A DNA stretch of 64,000 bases from an uncultured delta proteobacterium (GTDB lineage Bacteria > Desulfobacterota > Binatia > Binatales > Binataceae). The translations under genes were made by a program, and so were the position numbers. Below the pieces are notes generated by a model. That model was not told where the DNA came from, ran no database searches, and saw only the letters and a program-made list of their open reading frames with translations. Positions 62,196 through 64,000 of the stretch are shown in pieces. How positions within the stretch are numbered: position 1 is the stretch's first letter; every line of letters starts with the position of its first letter. Where the stretch lies: assembly GCA_963808235.1 (NCBI GenBank), contig CAWEEQ010000004.1:3008001-3072000 (forward strand), read 5' to 3'.

Positions 62196-63575
62196 ATGGA
62201 TATTTCGAATAAGCAGGCGACTGTGCCAAGCAACTGGTTACGTCGTCTGCAGGCCGGCGTGTGCACCTCGCTGGTGTTGGCTCTGTTACTCCTGCTCAAT
62301 CCATTCTTCAGCGCCTGGCAGTACGCCACACGCAGTCCCGGGATCGACTACTTCATGTTGTGGAGTGTGCCCCACGTCCTGAAGATGCGAGCTGTTGCGA
62401 ATATCTACGCGCCAGACAGTCAACGGGACATGGCTTCGGTTTTGATCAGCGAAAGCTCGTCGCCGCAGGTGTCTGAGGTGCAACGAAAGGCGACCGCGAT
62501 CAACATGCAACTTTATGAAAACCGACTGCCTGTCGTCGGGTCGCCTCTCGTCCTTGCACTCGTCGGTCTGACTGCCAGCGGTGCCTACGACAAGGATCTA
62601 ATTCGTTTCGCGATCACGTCATGGCTCTGCTTTATCCTGGCGACAGTTATCTTCTGCCGGCTACTCCGGTTCTCACCGGTGTCAACGCTCTTAGCCGTTG
62701 TGCTTTTCACTACGAGCTTCGAGCCGCTGCTCTCCGATATGAGGGTCGCCAACCTCAACCAGATTCAGCTCTTGCCGCTGGCGTGCTTCCTTCTCTTCAT
62801 CACGCGATCGTGGGGAGTGCTCGCAGGCCTGTCGCTGGGTATCGGCGCAATGCTCAAGCCCAACGTGGCGATCGTTGCGTTCCTGAGCATGCTCGTCATG
62901 CTGACGGATCGGGACTATCGGAGGCTGACTCGCATGCTGGTGGGCATGTGTCTGGCGGCGTTGCTATCGGTGTCGATCTCGGTGAGTTATTTCGGCCTGC
63001 CGGCCATGTGGTGGGATTTCATCCGGAGTCTTTCGGGTACTCTGGCCATATCGTACCCGATGGAAAACGGGAACTACGGTCTGGCGGTCCTGCTGTCTCG
63101 AACGATCCATCGGGAGACGTCCGCATACATCCTGGTCATCCTGATGGCCATCGTAAGCGTGGTGATCTTCAAGACCGGATCGAAACGCGCGCGGGACCTG
63201 GCTCCGCCACCTTCGCGCCGCTCCGATGAATCATCGCGATCGATGCATCGGATGTTTGTGGTCGTCGGTCTTGGATGTGCGGTCATGCTGATGTCCAGTC
63301 ACTTGGCATGGCTGCACTACTATGTCCTGTTAATTCCTCTGGAGTTGTATCTGATCAGACCACCGGCCTTGAGCGACCGACCGCAGCAGCGGCTCATCGT
63401 CAGCATATTCGCGGCGACAAGCTTTTGTTTGCTCTCTTCGGTAGGGCAGTACCTGTGCGCTGATCCGCTACAAGCGTCGATCGCGGTCAACGCAGCGACG
63501 GCACTCATGTTGATCCTTACGCTCTGCGAAACGTGGTGGCCACCGGAACTCGAGCAAGTCAAGAATATCGCGTAA
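62196..63575 (+). CDS. GT87/DUF2029-like membrane glycosyltransferase
   Basis: Polytopic protein; IDYF, ANLNQ, MLKP, W.HYYVLL motifs. Confidence 0.7.
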   Translation: MDISNKQATVPSNWLRRLQAGVCTSLVLALLLLLNPFFSAWQYATRSPGIDYFMLWSVPHVLKMRAVANIYAPDSQRDMASVLISESSSPQVSEVQRKATAINMQLYENRLPVVGSPLVLALVGLTASGAYDKDLIRFAITSWLCFILATVIFCRLLRFSPVSTLLAVVLFTTSFEPLLSDMRVANLNQIQLLPLACFLLFITRSWGVLAGLSLGIGAMLKPNVAIVAFLSMLVMLTDRDYRRLTRMLVGMCLAALLSVSISVSYFGLPAMWWDFIRSLSGTLAISYPMENGNYGLAVLLSRTIHRETSAYILVILMAIVSVVIFKTGSKRARDLAPPPSRRSDESSRSMHRMFVVVGLGCAVMLMSSHLAWLHYYVLLIPLELYLIRPPALSDRPQQRLIVSIFAATSFCLLSSVGQYLCADPLQASIAVNAATALMLILTLCETWWPPELEQVKNIA

Positions 63576-63619
63576 GTGCGCTGAAAATGCCTCCCTGTTT
63601 TGAGCAGAGGGGGTGCAGG

Positions 63620-64000
63620 TTAGCGCGGCTTCAAACGGTAGAGCTCCACTTCGGGATAGTTCGCGATCGTTTTGGTGAAGTAACGATCGATCTCGGCGAA
63701 CTCCCCCTTAAGCACATTATCCCAATAGCGGGTCATCGGCTTCACTACCAGCACATACACCGGGCGTCCTTTCTGATCCTCTTCTGCGAGCTTGCGCGCT
63801 TCCGCCAAGTCGAATACGCCGCCGGGAAAAAGTATCGGCGGTATCGGTTCGGTCGATCCTTCGACCTTTTTGTTGTAGAGATAGTACAGATGGTACTGGG
63901 TTATCGGTTCCTCCGGGTCAGTAAGACTGTTGAGGCCGACAAATTCGGTTCGTTCTCCACCCGCAAAAAGCTCGATCCATTGTAGCGAAATATCGCTGAC
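63620..64000 (-). CDS. Hypothetical protein, C-terminal part (runs off window)
   Basis: Open frame of 127 codons from the window edge to the stop at 63620. Confidence 0.6.
   Translation of the reverse strand, partial: VSDISLQWIELFAGGERTEFVGLNSLTDPEEPITQYHLYYLYNKKVEGSTEPIPPILFPGGVFDLAEARKLAEEDQKGRPVYVLVVKPMTRYWDNVLKGEFAEIDRYFTKTIANYPEVELYRLKPR

Overview
GC-rich bacterial chromosomal segment. Gene content (many LLM, amidohydrolase and acyl-CoA dehydrogenase genes, a Deltaproteobacteria-style xerC-hslVU-arg-lys operon, an MKxRHAAAL...CIATDDP small protein) suggests a Binatota-like genome; this is inference. From left to right: (1) a nitrogen locus (1-9.5 kb) with two Amt ammonium transporters, an APC permease, a PP2C phosphatase, a membrane-anchored Ser/Thr kinase translationally coupled to one amt, Lrp and gltB, two sigma54 promoters and no PII gene; (2) catabolic and redox genes with REP-like repeats (9.5-30 kb); (3) a multi-hairpin tandem repeat followed by a small island of hypothetical genes (30.2-33.2 kb); (4) ferredoxin fusion, threonine dehydratase, archaeal-type ribH, hisFH, a KimA-like permease and a divergent sigma54 response regulator (34-44 kb); (5) core lys/arg/hslUV/xerC/glmU genes (46-61 kb) and membrane glycosyltransferase-like genes. 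Many single-base frameshifts, mostly between 19 and 53 kb, look like sequencing errors. The best candidate for a new system is kinase/phosphatase control of Amt/APC nitrogen transporters in place of an adjacent GlnK. No rRNA, tRNA, CRISPR array or transposase was recognised. All calls are by eye, without database searches.
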